Shown here: piece after piece, positions 29,581 through 39,291 of the stretch
Layout: each line of letters begins with the position of its first letter
Position numbering within the stretch: position 1 is the first letter of the stretch
Notes under the pieces: model-generated
What the model was told of the DNA's origin: nothing
Database searches by the model: none
What the model saw: only the letters and a program-made list of their open reading frames with translations
Translations under genes and position numbers: made by a program
DNA from: a virus
Lineage: Duplodnaviria; Caudoviricetes
Strand: one strand, 5' to 3'
Length of the DNA: 64,000 bases
IMG/VR virus record: IMGVR_UViG_3300015608_003951
Coordinates: 64,001-128,000 of that record

Positions 29581-29900
29581 TGGATTCCACGGACGTGGGT
29601 CTGTTGCTGATCTGTGCCTTCGGCCTGACGGGCTTTCTTGTCTTCCTGTTCAAGCCGGGGGCGCCTGCTCCGGGTGCGGTCGCAGCCAAGGAGCCCTCGA
29701 AAGCGGACCTGGATAAGCTCCAGCAGCAGGCCGACCAGGGCGCCAAGGAGGCGAAGGATGCCCACGACACCGCGGTGCAGGACTTCGAGGACAAGGCCAA
29801 GGCCTCCGCCCCTGCGCTGGAAGACGATACCGAAAAGCTGCTAAAGTACCTCCTGGAGGCTGGCAAAGATGTACGCACACCGACTGAAAAAGATCGCTGA
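29580..29900 (+). CDS. membrane protein (N-terminal TM plus coiled coil), possibly spanin-like
   Basis: VGLLLICAFGLTGFLVFLF followed by a helical charged segment. Confidence 0.5.
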   Translation: MDSTDVGLLLICAFGLTGFLVFLFKPGAPAPGAVAAKEPSKADLDKLQQQADQGAKEAKDAHDTAVQDFEDKAKASAPALEDDTEKLLKYLLEAGKDVRTPTEKDR

Positions 29901-30363
29901 AGCGGACCCGGAGGAGGGGGAGCTCTCCCCCGCTACCCTGCGAGAGAGCATCAGCGCCGGTATGCGCCGGGGTGCAGCAGCGCGCCTCGCTTACAAGCAC
30001 CCGGGGCTCTTCCTGGCCGCGAACGCCTTCCTGGGAGATACGGCAAAGACCGCTGAGCTGCGCCTTAACCTGCTGGCTGAGGAGCTCCAAAAGATGGCCC
30101 GACAGGCCACCGGCGGCTGGGAGCAGGGCAATGGCGGGAGCGCCCAGGCGTACTCCATGACCCCGAAGAGCTTGGGGATCTCGGGCGGCAACCGCCTCGG
30201 AGGCATGTCCACGTTCTCGGAGCTTGCCTCGATGTCGATGCGCCCCTCGCTGGCCAACCCTATGGGCGCCTATGGCGGGTGGAGCCAGGGCAACGACGTC
30301 AACTCCCTCATGGCCAACTACAAGAACATGGCCAACGGAGGCGGCGGTGCGATCGGTTGGTTA
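29869..30363 (+). CDS. Gly/Met-rich protein with K-x-A motifs, ends at TTA
   Basis: GGAGG upstream; KIA, KTA, KMA; TTA 30361-30363. Confidence 0.5.
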
Positions 30364-30787
30364 TGCGCTTGGCGTGCTGCTCTACAGCCCGTTGGCGCAC
30401 GGCCAGGTGCAACCGATCCCTCCTGGGGAGGATAAGATCGTCATCGTACAGAAGGGGGACCCTGCTCCCTTCTCTGGCGCACTCTACGAGAGCAGCACTG
30501 CTCTGCGTTGGGCTAACTACCTTCAGCAGTACAAGCTGAGGCTGAAGACAGACGTGGAGCTGCAACAGCAGCTGGACGCTGTGGAGCTCCAGAGGCAGAC
30601 CCAAGCCTTGCAACTCAAGCTTAACCTGAACCTGCAAGCTGTCGCGGAGCAGCAGCTCCGGATTCAGGGGCTAGAAAAGCAGCTCCAAACCCCCGAGCCC
30701 TTCTACAAGACGGTGTGGTTTGGAGCTGTGGCGGGCGTAGTCAGCACGGCGCTCTTTGGCGGCTTCGTGCTGCTCGTCCACCGGTTA
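30347..30787 (+). CDS. signal peptide, coiled coil and C-terminal TM protein (lysis/spanin-like), ends at TTA
   Basis: GGAGG SD plus GTG; TM segment WFGAVAGVVSTALFGGFVLLV then HR-TTA. Confidence 0.6.
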
Positions 30788-31621
30788 GCTCTTCAGGCGC
30801 TGCTTGACGCTCTCAGCGTTCATACCGAGGGCGTCCTCCAGGATGATGTCCTGCACGAGCTTGATGCGCTGGATCTCCTCGCTGAGGTCTCCGATCATGG
30901 AGCGCATCTCGTTGCGGAGCTGGTCAGAGATGCCGGACGCCATCGTGGTGTTCGATCGGGTGAAGAGCTCCAGGTAGTGCTCCATCCTCCGGCCGAGCTC
31001 GTCGTTCAGGCTGCTGATCATATTCGCCAGCGTGGAGAGCCGCCCGAGCTGCACCACGATCTCAGACACCTGGCTCACGAGCTGGTCGATCCGCGGGTCC
31101 GGCGCAGCCGCGGGCGGGGGCGGAGGCCCACCTTGGGCGGCCTCCATCTGGGCCTTGGTCCTGCGCACGCGTGGAGTCCGGACGACCTCTGAGGCGGGCG
31201 TCGCAGCAGGAGGGGGCGGTGGGGCGCTGATAGCCGCCGCAGGCGGGGAGGGCTCGGGCCGCGGGGGCGGTGGAGGCGCTGGCAAAGGCGTCCCTTGGTC
31301 CGGAGACCCCTCCTCGGAGGGATCTTCACCCTCTTCCGTGATCATCGCGCCGCGAGAGGCCACGACGCTTCGCAGCACCTCTGCCGGGGCCTGCACATCC
31401 CCGCCCTCAGCAGCGGGCACCAGATTTTTCTTCACCAGGAGATTCCACAGAGCGTTGATGATGTCTGCGGTGGGGAGGGGCGTTAGCGGAGCACGCTCCT
31501 CATCGGTGAGCACCTGCTTGGCAAGGCGCCACACGACGATCCGTGCGGTACCTGTCAGCTCCTCCAGGCTTCTGGGCAACGGTACGGGGTCATTGTTCAA
31601 CGGGTTGTGAGCTATGGGCAC
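30785..31621 (-). CDS. hypothetical Pro-rich/coiled-coil protein
   Basis: GAGGA SD plus GTG at 31621. Confidence 0.6.
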   Translation of the reverse strand: MPIAHNPLNNDPVPLPRSLEELTGTARIVVWRLAKQVLTDEERAPLTPLPTADIINALWNLLVKKNLVPAAEGGDVQAPAEVLRSVVASRGAMITEEGEDPSEEGSPDQGTPLPAPPPPPRPEPSPPAAAISAPPPPPAATPASEVVRTPRVRRTKAQMEAAQGGPPPPPAAAPDPRIDQLVSQVSEIVVQLGRLSTLANMISSLNDELGRRMEHYLELFTRSNTTMASGISDQLRNEMRSMIGDLSEEIQRIKLVQDIILEDALGMNAESVKQRLKS

Positions 31622-31950
31622 AGTTTCCTCTTCAGGCTGATCTTGGTTGCGGCCGACGGGCCTACGGATTTCAAGCAAAATACGGGCTGGAGCTCCACGC
31701 AGCCATCGCACGCATCGGGCTCGAAGCTCCTTGCGGGGCACGTGATCTGGGCCCTCAGGATCGTCTTGTTCTCGATCAAGAAGGCCATGATGGCGGAGCG
31801 GAGGTCCGCAACTCGGTCTTGCTGTGAAGGAGGGGACTCGCCCTCCAGGATGCTGATCAGGCGCTCCCTGCTGAAGGAATGGCTAACAGGCAGCCCTGCT
31901 CGCCTACACGCCTGGATCAGTTCGGTTTTGTTCGCTCGTTCTACCCCCAT
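31612..31950 (-). CDS. hypothetical Cys-containing protein
   Basis: GGAGG SD; CP..C..C..C cluster. Confidence 0.55.
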   Translation of the reverse strand: MGVERANKTELIQACRRAGLPVSHSFSRERLISILEGESPPSQQDRVADLRSAIMAFLIENKTILRAQITCPARSFEPDACDGCVELQPVFCLKSVGPSAATKISLKRKLCP

Positions 31951-32374
31951 CGTTATCCTCCAGCTCGAAGACACGGACGACGCAGTAAGGCTTGCCGTCG
32001 GGGGCACGGCCCTTACGCACGGTCACCTGGAAAAAGCAGCTGTCGTCCAGGCCCAAAGCCTCGGACACTGCGTCTTCCAGCACCTTGACGCGATTGCTCG
32101 CATCCACCCTCTTATACCTGCTTTTAGCCTTACCCGGCCAACCGGCGTTCTCCACCTCTTCCAGGTAGAGGCTGATCTCCAGGCCGAGACGCTTCAGGCC
32201 CTTGAGCGCCGGGTCGTCGGGGAACTGGTGCGTCTGTGCAGAGGACACGATCGCACCGATGACGCGGGCCTTGTACGCCCTACCCTCCGTAGAGAGGCTC
32301 CTACCGTGCCCGTTGTTGAAGTAGAGCGTGTTGACCGAGGGCGGAAGGGGGAAGCTGTAGACGAGAGGTTTCAT
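31904..32374 (-). CDS. rusA: RusA-like Holliday junction resolvase
   Basis: PLPPSVNTLY...DASNRVKVLEDA..LDD. Confidence 0.85.
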   Translation of the reverse strand: MKPLVYSFPLPPSVNTLYFNNGHGRSLSTEGRAYKARVIGAIVSSAQTHQFPDDPALKGLKRLGLEISLYLEEVENAGWPGKAKSRYKRVDASNRVKVLEDAVSEALGLDDSCFFQVTVRKGRAPDGKPYCVVRVFELEDNDGGRTSEQNRTDPGV

Positions 32375-33018
32375 CTGGGCCAGTTGCTTGGGGGTCGCAC
32401 GGGAGGGTCCGTGAAGGACCGGGAACCTCCATAACCAAGGTCCCGCTCCTGCCCACGCAGGGTAATGTGCCTGGAGATGGCTTGCATGTTCTTTGTGAGG
32501 CTGCTGATCCTGCTCTCGACCAGGAGGACGCCCTGTGCCCACCTCTGGGCCTCGATCTGCGCTTGGAGGTAGACCGGGTTGGTTCGCACGATGTCGTCCA
32601 GGGCCTCCTGGGACATCTTGGCGTCCCTTGGCAAGCCCTTGTTGACCTCCACGAGCTTCTTACGCACCTCGGACAGCAGGGTGCGCTCTGCGTTGTCTGC
32701 CGCGATCTTCTGGGACCGAAGCTGCGCCAGGAGCATATCGAGGTACCCGAGCCAGGCAAGGTGCTGATCCCAGGCGACCCCGTAGGCTGCTGGCGGTCCG
32801 CCCTCCAGGTGCGAGACGCCGAGGGCAGGGTATTCGATGCTAGGCTTGTCCATGGACACGGGTACTCCGAGGGACTCCACGCGAGCACAAGCCTCGTCGA
32901 GGGTGGCATCAAACCGACGCTTCAGCTCCAGGGCTTCTTGATCGCTGACGCTGAGCTGTAGCGTCAGGTCGTCGAGGCCAAGGCCTCGCGGCGGTGGCGG
33001 TGGGAGATCATCGTTCAC
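32371..33018 (-). CDS. helical protein, possibly a UvsY-like recombination mediator
   Basis: Long helical C-terminus ending ISRHITLR; recombination gene context. Confidence 0.4.
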   Translation of the reverse strand: MNDDLPPPPPRGLGLDDLTLQLSVSDQEALELKRRFDATLDEACARVESLGVPVSMDKPSIEYPALGVSHLEGGPPAAYGVAWDQHLAWLGYLDMLLAQLRSQKIAADNAERTLLSEVRKKLVEVNKGLPRDAKMSQEALDDIVRTNPVYLQAQIEAQRWAQGVLLVESRISSLTKNMQAISRHITLRGQERDLGYGGSRSFTDPPVRPPSNWPR

Positions 33019-33634
33019 GCAAGTGCTCCACGGCGAAGGCCACCTGTCTCTTGAGGTCGTCGAGGCTCCCATCGTTGACGATGTGCAGGACGTTGGCGTC
33101 TTTCAGGTCCACCCCGGCTTCGGATGCGTGTGTGGCGGCCTTGCCAGGCAGGGGGTCCACGGCACGATGGATGTGGATGAAGTCCGCGCCCTTCAGGATC
33201 AGGGCGTCGACTTCGTGTTGGAACCGCACGTCGGTGATCACCACGCCTGAACGCGGCACGTCCCACTTGTGGCTGTATTTCGTACCGGAGGTTGGCCCGT
33301 AGACCGTGTAGCGGCCTTTCAGCTTCTCCACCTCGCCCAACGCGTAGTTCACCCACACGTCCTTGCACATGGCCTGCCCCCACTCCGTGCCCAACGTTTG
33401 CAGAAGGACACGAGCGGTGATCGGCTCGCCGTTGTAGGTACCGATCCCGAGGTCCTCGTTGCGGCACTCGCTCGGGCCCCACAGCGTCATGTACGTCAGC
33501 TTGAATACGTCCTGGAGGAAGCGCTTCATGGGATCAGCCAGCGCGATGGCCGTAAACTGGTGCTCCCTCTCCAGCAGCGTGCCCACCGTAGTTTTACCTA
33601 CGCCTGCTTTCCCACACAGGGCCACGAGTTTCAC
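33008..33634 (-). CDS. deoxynucleoside monophosphate kinase
   Basis: GKAGVGKT, ALADPMK, LQTLGTEWG, ITDVRF..E, HASE. Confidence 0.9.
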   Translation of the reverse strand: MKLVALCGKAGVGKTTVGTLLEREHQFTAIALADPMKRFLQDVFKLTYMTLWGPSECRNEDLGIGTYNGEPITARVLLQTLGTEWGQAMCKDVWVNYALGEVEKLKGRYTVYGPTSGTKYSHKWDVPRSGVVITDVRFQHEVDALILKGADFIHIHRAVDPLPGKAATHASEAGVDLKDANVLHIVNDGSLDDLKRQVAFAVEHLRER

Positions 33635-34236
33635 GGGTAGTCCTCCTCGATCTCGGGGATCTCGTCAATGGCCTGCACGTCCGAGCTGTTGCGCACGGCT
33701 CGAAGCTTGTTGTGGCGCTGAAGCACGATGGTGTGCTCATGGTCCGATGCGAGGAGCTTACCCTCCAGGACCTCCTTGTTCTTCAGCGTGACGCGTACGA
33801 AGCGTCCGATCATCATCTTCATATTCCTTACTCCAACCCTCACAGAGATACCGGCCTGGCGCAGCAGATCAGCCCCGCTGGCGTCTCGGTACACATCCAG
33901 ATAGACGACGGTGTCGATACCGCCCAGATTGATCAGCATCTTGGCGCACATGCGACACGGGCTGTGCGTCATGTAGACCATCTTCCTGACGCTGCGCTCG
34001 ACTACGCAGTTGATGATGGCGTTTGCTTCGGAGTGTATGCAGCCACACCCGCCAGGTGTGGCAGCATCACATCCGTTGTTGAAGCCTTGTGCGTTGCCGT
34101 TGTAGCCGACGGCGTACACGTAACGATGGTCAAGGCTTGTGATGACTGTGCCGACCTGCAACCTGCAACAGGTGCTCCTCTGAGCGATGGCGATGGCGTG
34201 TTGCAGGTAGATCTGCTCAAAACTAGGTCGATCCAT
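33631..34236 (-). CDS. dCMP deaminase with C-terminal Sm/LSm-like extension
   Basis: RSTC.RLQVG, GYNG, HSEANA, SPCRMC. Confidence 0.85.
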   Translation of the reverse strand: MDRPSFEQIYLQHAIAIAQRSTCCRLQVGTVITSLDHRYVYAVGYNGNAQGFNNGCDAATPGGCGCIHSEANAIINCVVERSVRKMVYMTHSPCRMCAKMLINLGGIDTVVYLDVYRDASGADLLRQAGISVRVGVRNMKMMIGRFVRVTLKNKEVLEGKLLASDHEHTIVLQRHNKLRAVRNSSDVQAIDEIPEIEEDYP

Positions 34237-35014
34237 CGGGTGCGTACACCAACGGATCGTTGATATGAAGATCCTCCCGCTCAGCGCGGAAGCACCTGGA
34301 CCTCTGAGCGCAGAACATGCAGTGAAATCCCTTCTCCGGAGGCGGCTCCTCCCGGGAAATGACGTACTCAAGCAGGGAGTGAATCCTGGGCTCTATCTCT
34401 TGCCAGACCTCCTTATCGAAGCGGATGAGCCACGGGCTAGCCATGGGTTTAACGGCCTGCGTGCTCTTGTTGTAGTAGAAGAACCAGAGCAACGGTAGGT
34501 CTAGGCACTTCATGTAGATGTGCGCCTGGATGATGTGCCGCTTCTCAGGGGCTTTGATCCTCCTCCACTCGTCCGCGGAACAGGTCTTGATTTCCAGGCC
34601 AACCCGGCGAATAACCTGCCCGCACTTTCGCCAGGTGAAGACACCATCGCAACGCGAAGTGATCTGCCACTCCCTGCCCACGGGGGTGTCGGCCGTAGGA
34701 ACCTCGGCCTCGAAGCTCAGCTCCTCGTCGTTCAGGAGCCCGTACTGACGTTGCACCATGGCGTGCACGAGGTGGCCGATCTTGAACCTCTTGCTGTCCT
34801 CGATCCTCGGCTTGTCTGTGGGCTCCAAGCCAAGCATGGTGTAGTAGTTGTGGCGGAGGCAGCTAGAGACCTCGCTCGCATGAACCCCAGGCTCGCGGGC
34901 CCCCTCGGCTTCCAGCTCGAAGGTTTTGTCGTAGAGGCTGCCCAGGGCCCAGTCCTCCGTGATCTCAAGATCTTCGGAGGCGGGGGGCAGGTCGTCGATG
35001 CAGGTGAGCTTCAA
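34223..35014 (-). CDS. Cas4-like PD-(D/E)xK exonuclease
   Basis: HASEVSSC, GHLVH, CDG, LEIKT, QAHIY, C-terminal C..C.....C. Confidence 0.8.
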   Translation of the reverse strand: MKLTCIDDLPPASEDLEITEDWALGSLYDKTFELEAEGAREPGVHASEVSSCLRHNYYTMLGLEPTDKPRIEDSKRFKIGHLVHAMVQRQYGLLNDEELSFEAEVPTADTPVGREWQITSRCDGVFTWRKCGQVIRRVGLEIKTCSADEWRRIKAPEKRHIIQAHIYMKCLDLPLLWFFYYNKSTQAVKPMASPWLIRFDKEVWQEIEPRIHSLLEYVISREEPPPEKGFHCMFCAQRSRCFRAEREDLHINDPLVYAPDGST

Positions 35015-35397
35015 AGCCCACCCACGAAGGCTCGGAGCCCGCTCACGAAGGGCTGCAAGGCCCGGAGAGCGGCGGCTCTGGCATCGTCGGGCGCCTTCCC
35101 AGGCTTGAGCACCGCCAGAGTAGGTCGAGACAGCTCGAACACCTTCCGAACCATCAAGTCTCCGCCGACGGCAAGGGATACGGACCACCCGTAACCCGGT
35201 TCAGTGGCCAGAACGCCCACGCCCCCGAACACCTTGAAGAGATCCAGCCCAGATTCAGGCAGAACCTTCGACAGGTCGAGCCCTTTGACCTCCTGGTACT
35301 CGATGATGAACTCGATCGTTGCCCCGTCCAGAACCCAATCTTCGGCCCAGACCCATGTGGAAGACTCGTCGTCTTCCTTGAAGACCGTTGTACCCAT
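35011..35397 (-). CDS. hypothetical protein
   Basis: GGAGG SD, 128 aa. Confidence 0.55.
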   Translation of the reverse strand: MGTTVFKEDDESSTWVWAEDWVLDGATIEFIIEYQEVKGLDLSKVLPESGLDLFKVFGGVGVLATEPGYGWSVSLAVGGDLMVRKVFELSRPTLAVLKPGKAPDDARAAALRALQPFVSGLRAFVGGL

Positions 35398-35406
35398 ACA
35401 ACCTCC

Positions 35407-35455
35407 ACCGGCGTTTAGCCGTCAGCTTGGTTGTTACGGCTAAACGCCGGTTTTT
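35407..35455. terminator. 16-bp perfect hairpin with T-run on the + strand
   Basis: ACCGGCGTTTAGCCGT / ACGGCTAAACGCCGGT followed by TTTT. Confidence 0.65.
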
Positions 35456-35624
35456 AGCCCTCGAAGGGTTCGCTGCCGTGCACCGGGCAGCGCACCACCC
35501 GACCGTTGCGCTCGACCCGCCTGCCACAGATCGGACAGGTGTCCGAGGAGGCCGCGAGCTTCTGTCCGTTCTTGTCCTGCTCCGGGGTATCCACGCCGAG
35601 CTTGTCCATGCCGTTGTTGTTCAT
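35454..35624 (-). CDS. small zinc-ribbon protein with a KLA motif
   Basis: CPICG...CPVHG; TACTCT 6 nt before the ATG. Confidence 0.6.
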   Translation of the reverse strand: MNNNGMDKLGVDTPEQDKNGQKLAASSDTCPICGRRVERNGRVVRCPVHGSEPFEG

Positions 35625-35628
35625 GAGA

Positions 35629-35982
35629 TCAGAGTATCCCGAACACCCTTTCGGAGTACACGATTTCGAGCAGGCGCACGAGCCTGACCAGATGTTGTCG
35701 CTCTTCCAGGAGGGGCAGGTCGTACCTTGCAAGACTGTCCCACTGGTCGTTCGCACGCCCGCACATGAAATCGCAGATACGGCAGGTCTTTCGACGGGGC
35801 TCCGGGAATGCTTTGCCGTTGAGCAGCCCGCAAACGGCCCAGACTTGAGCACTCCCTTCGGGGTACACGGTGAAGCTCTCACAGTCCCATCTGGACCAGA
35901 GAAGCATATGATTTACCTCCACGTACTCGGAGCCGTACCAGTGGAGGTTGTCCCAGAACACCTTGAGCTTACTTTGCGTCAT
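35629..35982 (-). CDS. hypothetical protein
   Basis: MTQSKLKVFW ORF overlapping the polA stop. Confidence 0.5.
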   Translation of the reverse strand: MTQSKLKVFWDNLHWYGSEYVEVNHMLLWSRWDCESFTVYPEGSAQVWAVCGLLNGKAFPEPRRKTCRICDFMCGRANDQWDSLARYDLPLLEERQHLVRLVRLLEIVYSERVFGIL

Positions 35983-37936
35983 ACCACGTGGCCCCCTTGG
36001 CCGGTTTGGTGCGCAGCGGCGCTGCATACCTGGTTTGGAAGGGGTTTTCCATCGCATCCTTGATGATCGGGATCGCCATATCAGCGGTCTCCTCAGGCCC
36101 CTCGAAGAGGATCTCGTCGTGGATCTGGGAGAGCATGCACCAGCCCCACTCGTTGAGCAGACCCTCGTGCGCCAAGCGGAGCATGGAGCACTTGGCGATT
36201 TCAGCCGCTGTCCCCTGGATGATGGCGTTTGCCCCCTGACGACCTGCACGCCAGCGCTCATAGGGGTTGGGGGATGCGATGGCCGGCAGGTAGCGCCTGC
36301 GTCCGAGGAACGTGTAGATGTACCCAGACTGCTCCAGCGTAGACTGGGTGCTGGCGAAGAAGGCCTGCACCGCAGACCACCTCGCCATGTACTTTGCCAT
36401 GAGCTCCTCGGCGGCCTCCACGGTGATGCCTAGGCTGAACGCGAGCTTTTGAGACTTCATGCCGTAGTTCAGGCCGTAGGAGATCGTCTTGACGGCCGTC
36501 CTGGCCTCCAGACACTTCTTCAAGTAGTCCGTGAGTTCCGTCGGAGGGAGCACTTTGGCTTTCACTTCCTCCTTGATCCGGGTGGCCCGCTCCAGATCTT
36601 CGTAGGGGTACCCGAAGACCATGCTTGCGTTACCCTTGTGGATATCCCAGCCGCGACGGAAGATCTCTAGCATCCCCTCTTCACAGGCTGCGGCCGCCAG
36701 GACCATCATCTCCAGGGCTTCGTAGTCCGCAGCGATGAGGAGGTTACCCTTGGCCGCCCGGATCGCCTTCCGCAATGCAAACGGATCCCTCTCCGGGTTC
36801 CTGAGGTTCTGCATGTTCGGGTCGCTGGAGGAGAGGCGGCCCGTGACGGCGACGGACTGGTTGAAGCTTGCATGGATGCGTCCCGTCGGGTCGAGCCCAC
36901 GCAATAGCCCTGGAATGAAGTTGGTCTTGAGGGCGATCACCTCCCCGTACCCAAGCAAAGCCCTCAGGATGGATTGCGCTTTCGGATCCTTGGCCGCCTC
37001 GGCCATCTCTTGGAGGGCGTCCTTGGCGACAGAGGGCTTGGGGGCCGAGCTTACGCCGCCCTTGGTCCACTTCGCCGGACGTAGCTTGAGCTCCTTGAAG
37101 AGGAGGTTCTCCACGTCATCGCCCTTAGGGTTGACCAGCCTGCCCGCGGCTTTTGCCAACTCGCGTAGGTGGGTGGCGATCTGGCCGTCGATCTTGTCTC
37201 CGATGCTGCCCAGGTAGTCCGTGTCCACCTGCATGCCCGTCCTCTCGCAGGACCAGAGCACCCGGGTGTACGGCATCTCTGTCTTTTCAAACAGGTCCCA
37301 CAGCGTGGCGTACGTCTGTGGGTAGGCCGACCATGTGCTGGCGGCCTCCAGCTGACGTTTCAGCTCGTAGTACAGCATCAGGGTGCCGTACGCGTCGTTG
37401 CTGGCGTACTCCACCAGCTTCCAGAGGTCCTCCTTCTCCGCCTTGATCAGGCGGTGCTGGTAGCTGTCGGACGGGTCCTTCTTGTTGACCTTGCCGAAGG
37501 TGTCCTGGAACGACTGCCAGGTCCACCCCAGGATCTGAAGGCACATGTCCTTTAGCCCGTGGGACTCGTCCTCGTAGAGAAGCGCGTGCATGACCGCGGT
37601 ATCGGCGGCCCTGCCTATGAGGGGAAACCCTGAAGAGGTGAGCAGATGTAGATCGAACTTGGCGTTGGCAAAGATCCAGGTGCGATAGGGGTCCGCGAAT
37701 ACCTTCCTGAACGCAGGCAGGGTGTCGTTACGCAGACAGCAGCGGTGTTCGCGGCCAGAGGAGTCGGTCCAGGCAAGGCTCCAGTAAAGAACCCTGTCGG
37801 CCATCTTGTGGAGACCCGTGGTCTCCGTGTCGATGGCCACCAGCTTCGTGTCCTGGATCTCTCGCACAAGCCCGTCCAAGCCCTCGCTGTCTTTTGTGAA
37901 CCACTTTGCCGGGGGCATATCGATGTGCCAGGTCAT
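35969..37936 (-). CDS. polA: family A DNA polymerase with 3'-5' exonuclease
   Basis: DTETTG, NAKFD, YASND, TGRLSS, DYEALE, KTISYGLNYG, IHDE. Confidence 0.95.
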   Translation of the reverse strand: MTWHIDMPPAKWFTKDSEGLDGLVREIQDTKLVAIDTETTGLHKMADRVLYWSLAWTDSSGREHRCCLRNDTLPAFRKVFADPYRTWIFANAKFDLHLLTSSGFPLIGRAADTAVMHALLYEDESHGLKDMCLQILGWTWQSFQDTFGKVNKKDPSDSYQHRLIKAEKEDLWKLVEYASNDAYGTLMLYYELKRQLEAASTWSAYPQTYATLWDLFEKTEMPYTRVLWSCERTGMQVDTDYLGSIGDKIDGQIATHLRELAKAAGRLVNPKGDDVENLLFKELKLRPAKWTKGGVSSAPKPSVAKDALQEMAEAAKDPKAQSILRALLGYGEVIALKTNFIPGLLRGLDPTGRIHASFNQSVAVTGRLSSSDPNMQNLRNPERDPFALRKAIRAAKGNLLIAADYEALEMMVLAAAACEEGMLEIFRRGWDIHKGNASMVFGYPYEDLERATRIKEEVKAKVLPPTELTDYLKKCLEARTAVKTISYGLNYGMKSQKLAFSLGITVEAAEELMAKYMARWSAVQAFFASTQSTLEQSGYIYTFLGRRRYLPAIASPNPYERWRAGRQGANAIIQGTAAEIAKCSMLRLAHEGLLNEWGWCMLSQIHDEILFEGPEETADMAIPIIKDAMENPFQTRYAAPLRTKPAKGATWYDAK

Positions 37937-37954
37937 GAGATCTCCTGAAAGTGT

Positions 37955-37996
37955 TAAAAAAACAAGCCGGCCACCACCCGTAGGCAGCGCCGGCTC
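37955..37996 (-). terminator. intrinsic terminator
   Basis: GAGCCGGC..GCCGGCTT stem followed by a 7-T run on the - strand. Confidence 0.7.
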
Positions 37997-38013
37997 GTAG
38001 CTTGTACTCGATT

Positions 38014-39291
38014 TAAGAACGGCACGTTGTCGTCGTTGCCGTAGGACTCGCTGTGCGCCGCGTTCTGCTCATGCCCCAAGGGGCCCTTGCCGCACACCTG
38101 GATCTGGAGATCGACGGGGGCAGGGCCCCGAATCGTGTCCAGGTCGAGCGGGGTCTCCAGCAGCTTCCGGTAGGGGCTGTCCGCGGGGAGGGGGGTCCAG
38201 TACTGGAAGCTGAGGCTGGTCCCCGTGTTCTTCCCGGTCTCGGTGGCCTTGTTGGCGCGAGCAGTGGCCGTGATCACCCCGTCGAACAGGGACGCCCTGT
38301 GCGGGTGCTTGCACTGCTTGCACTCGATCACCTCGACAAGCTGCATCGTCTGCCGGCAGGCGGGGCAGGGCAGCCGCTGCTGCACGCGGTTGTCGATCTC
38401 CGCGTCCGTGAGGCGAGTGTTCGCCATGTCGATCACCTCATGCTGGCAGCTCGGACAGTTCCAGCTCCGGGTGTCGATCGTCATGTTGCCCCCACAGGAG
38501 ACGCAGTTCTTGCGGAGGATTCCCTGGAAGGAGGCCGCCCCCTCGTACCCCCTGCCGCCGACCAGCTCCCTGAAGTTGGTCATGGAGGCGTTGAACACGA
38601 AGCGCCGCCCGTCGATCCTCGGGAGACCTTGGGCTGCGTAGGGGCAGTTGCGGCCCTGACCCATCTTGTAGTCCATGTAGGGCTGGCCGCGCCGGTCCAT
38701 GCGGGTGGACGGGACCGCGTAGAAGGGGTGGAGGATCGCGATGCCGAAGGCGCGGCCGGCCCTCCGCGTCAGCGAGCCCTTCGTCACGTACCTGCGCGCC
38801 TTGTCGTCCCACTTGGTGTTCTCGTGGATCACCCGGCAGCCCCCGCACAGCGCCGCAGAGTTCGCGTCGGCGTACGGGTACTCCGGGGCGGCGCACACGA
38901 AGGACTTCCTCGTGCCCGGAGCGTACTCGTCGTAGTGGTCCACGCCGCGCTTGTAGAGCTCCGTGACCTCCTGGATCGTGTAGAGGGCCTCGTTGTTGGG
39001 CCCCCTCATCTGCGAGCCATCGGCTGCCAGCCGGGGGATCGCCACCTTGTTCTTGTAGGACCCCGGGATGAGGACGAACGAGATGGAGACGCCCAGGGGG
39101 AAGCGCCACGTCTCGACGTACTCACGCCGAGACCCGCCGGAGCCGCCCCGGGGCGCAGAGAAGCTCTGCTCGGGAGGGATGAAGGAGGCGCCAAAGCTCG
39201 GCAAGCCTGCGGGAGGAGGCTCCTTGCCGAAGGCGTGCGTCGTGACAGGGGGCGGCGGCGGGGGAGGAGAATCGTCGTTTCGGTTGTTCAT
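38014..39291 (-). CDS. putative Zn-containing single-stranded DNA-binding protein, ends at TTA
   Basis: Lies between primase and polA; several CxxC pairs; ends DDNVPF (SSB-type tail) then TTA. Confidence 0.65.

Noticed and set aside
30224-31192. 322-aa ORF from the track
   Set aside because: The real gene appears to be 30347-30787; the rest overlaps neighbouring genes
34223-35014. CRISPR-Cas system suggested by the Cas4-like gene
   Set aside because: No array or other cas genes seen; solo Cas4-like nucleases are common in phage replication blocks
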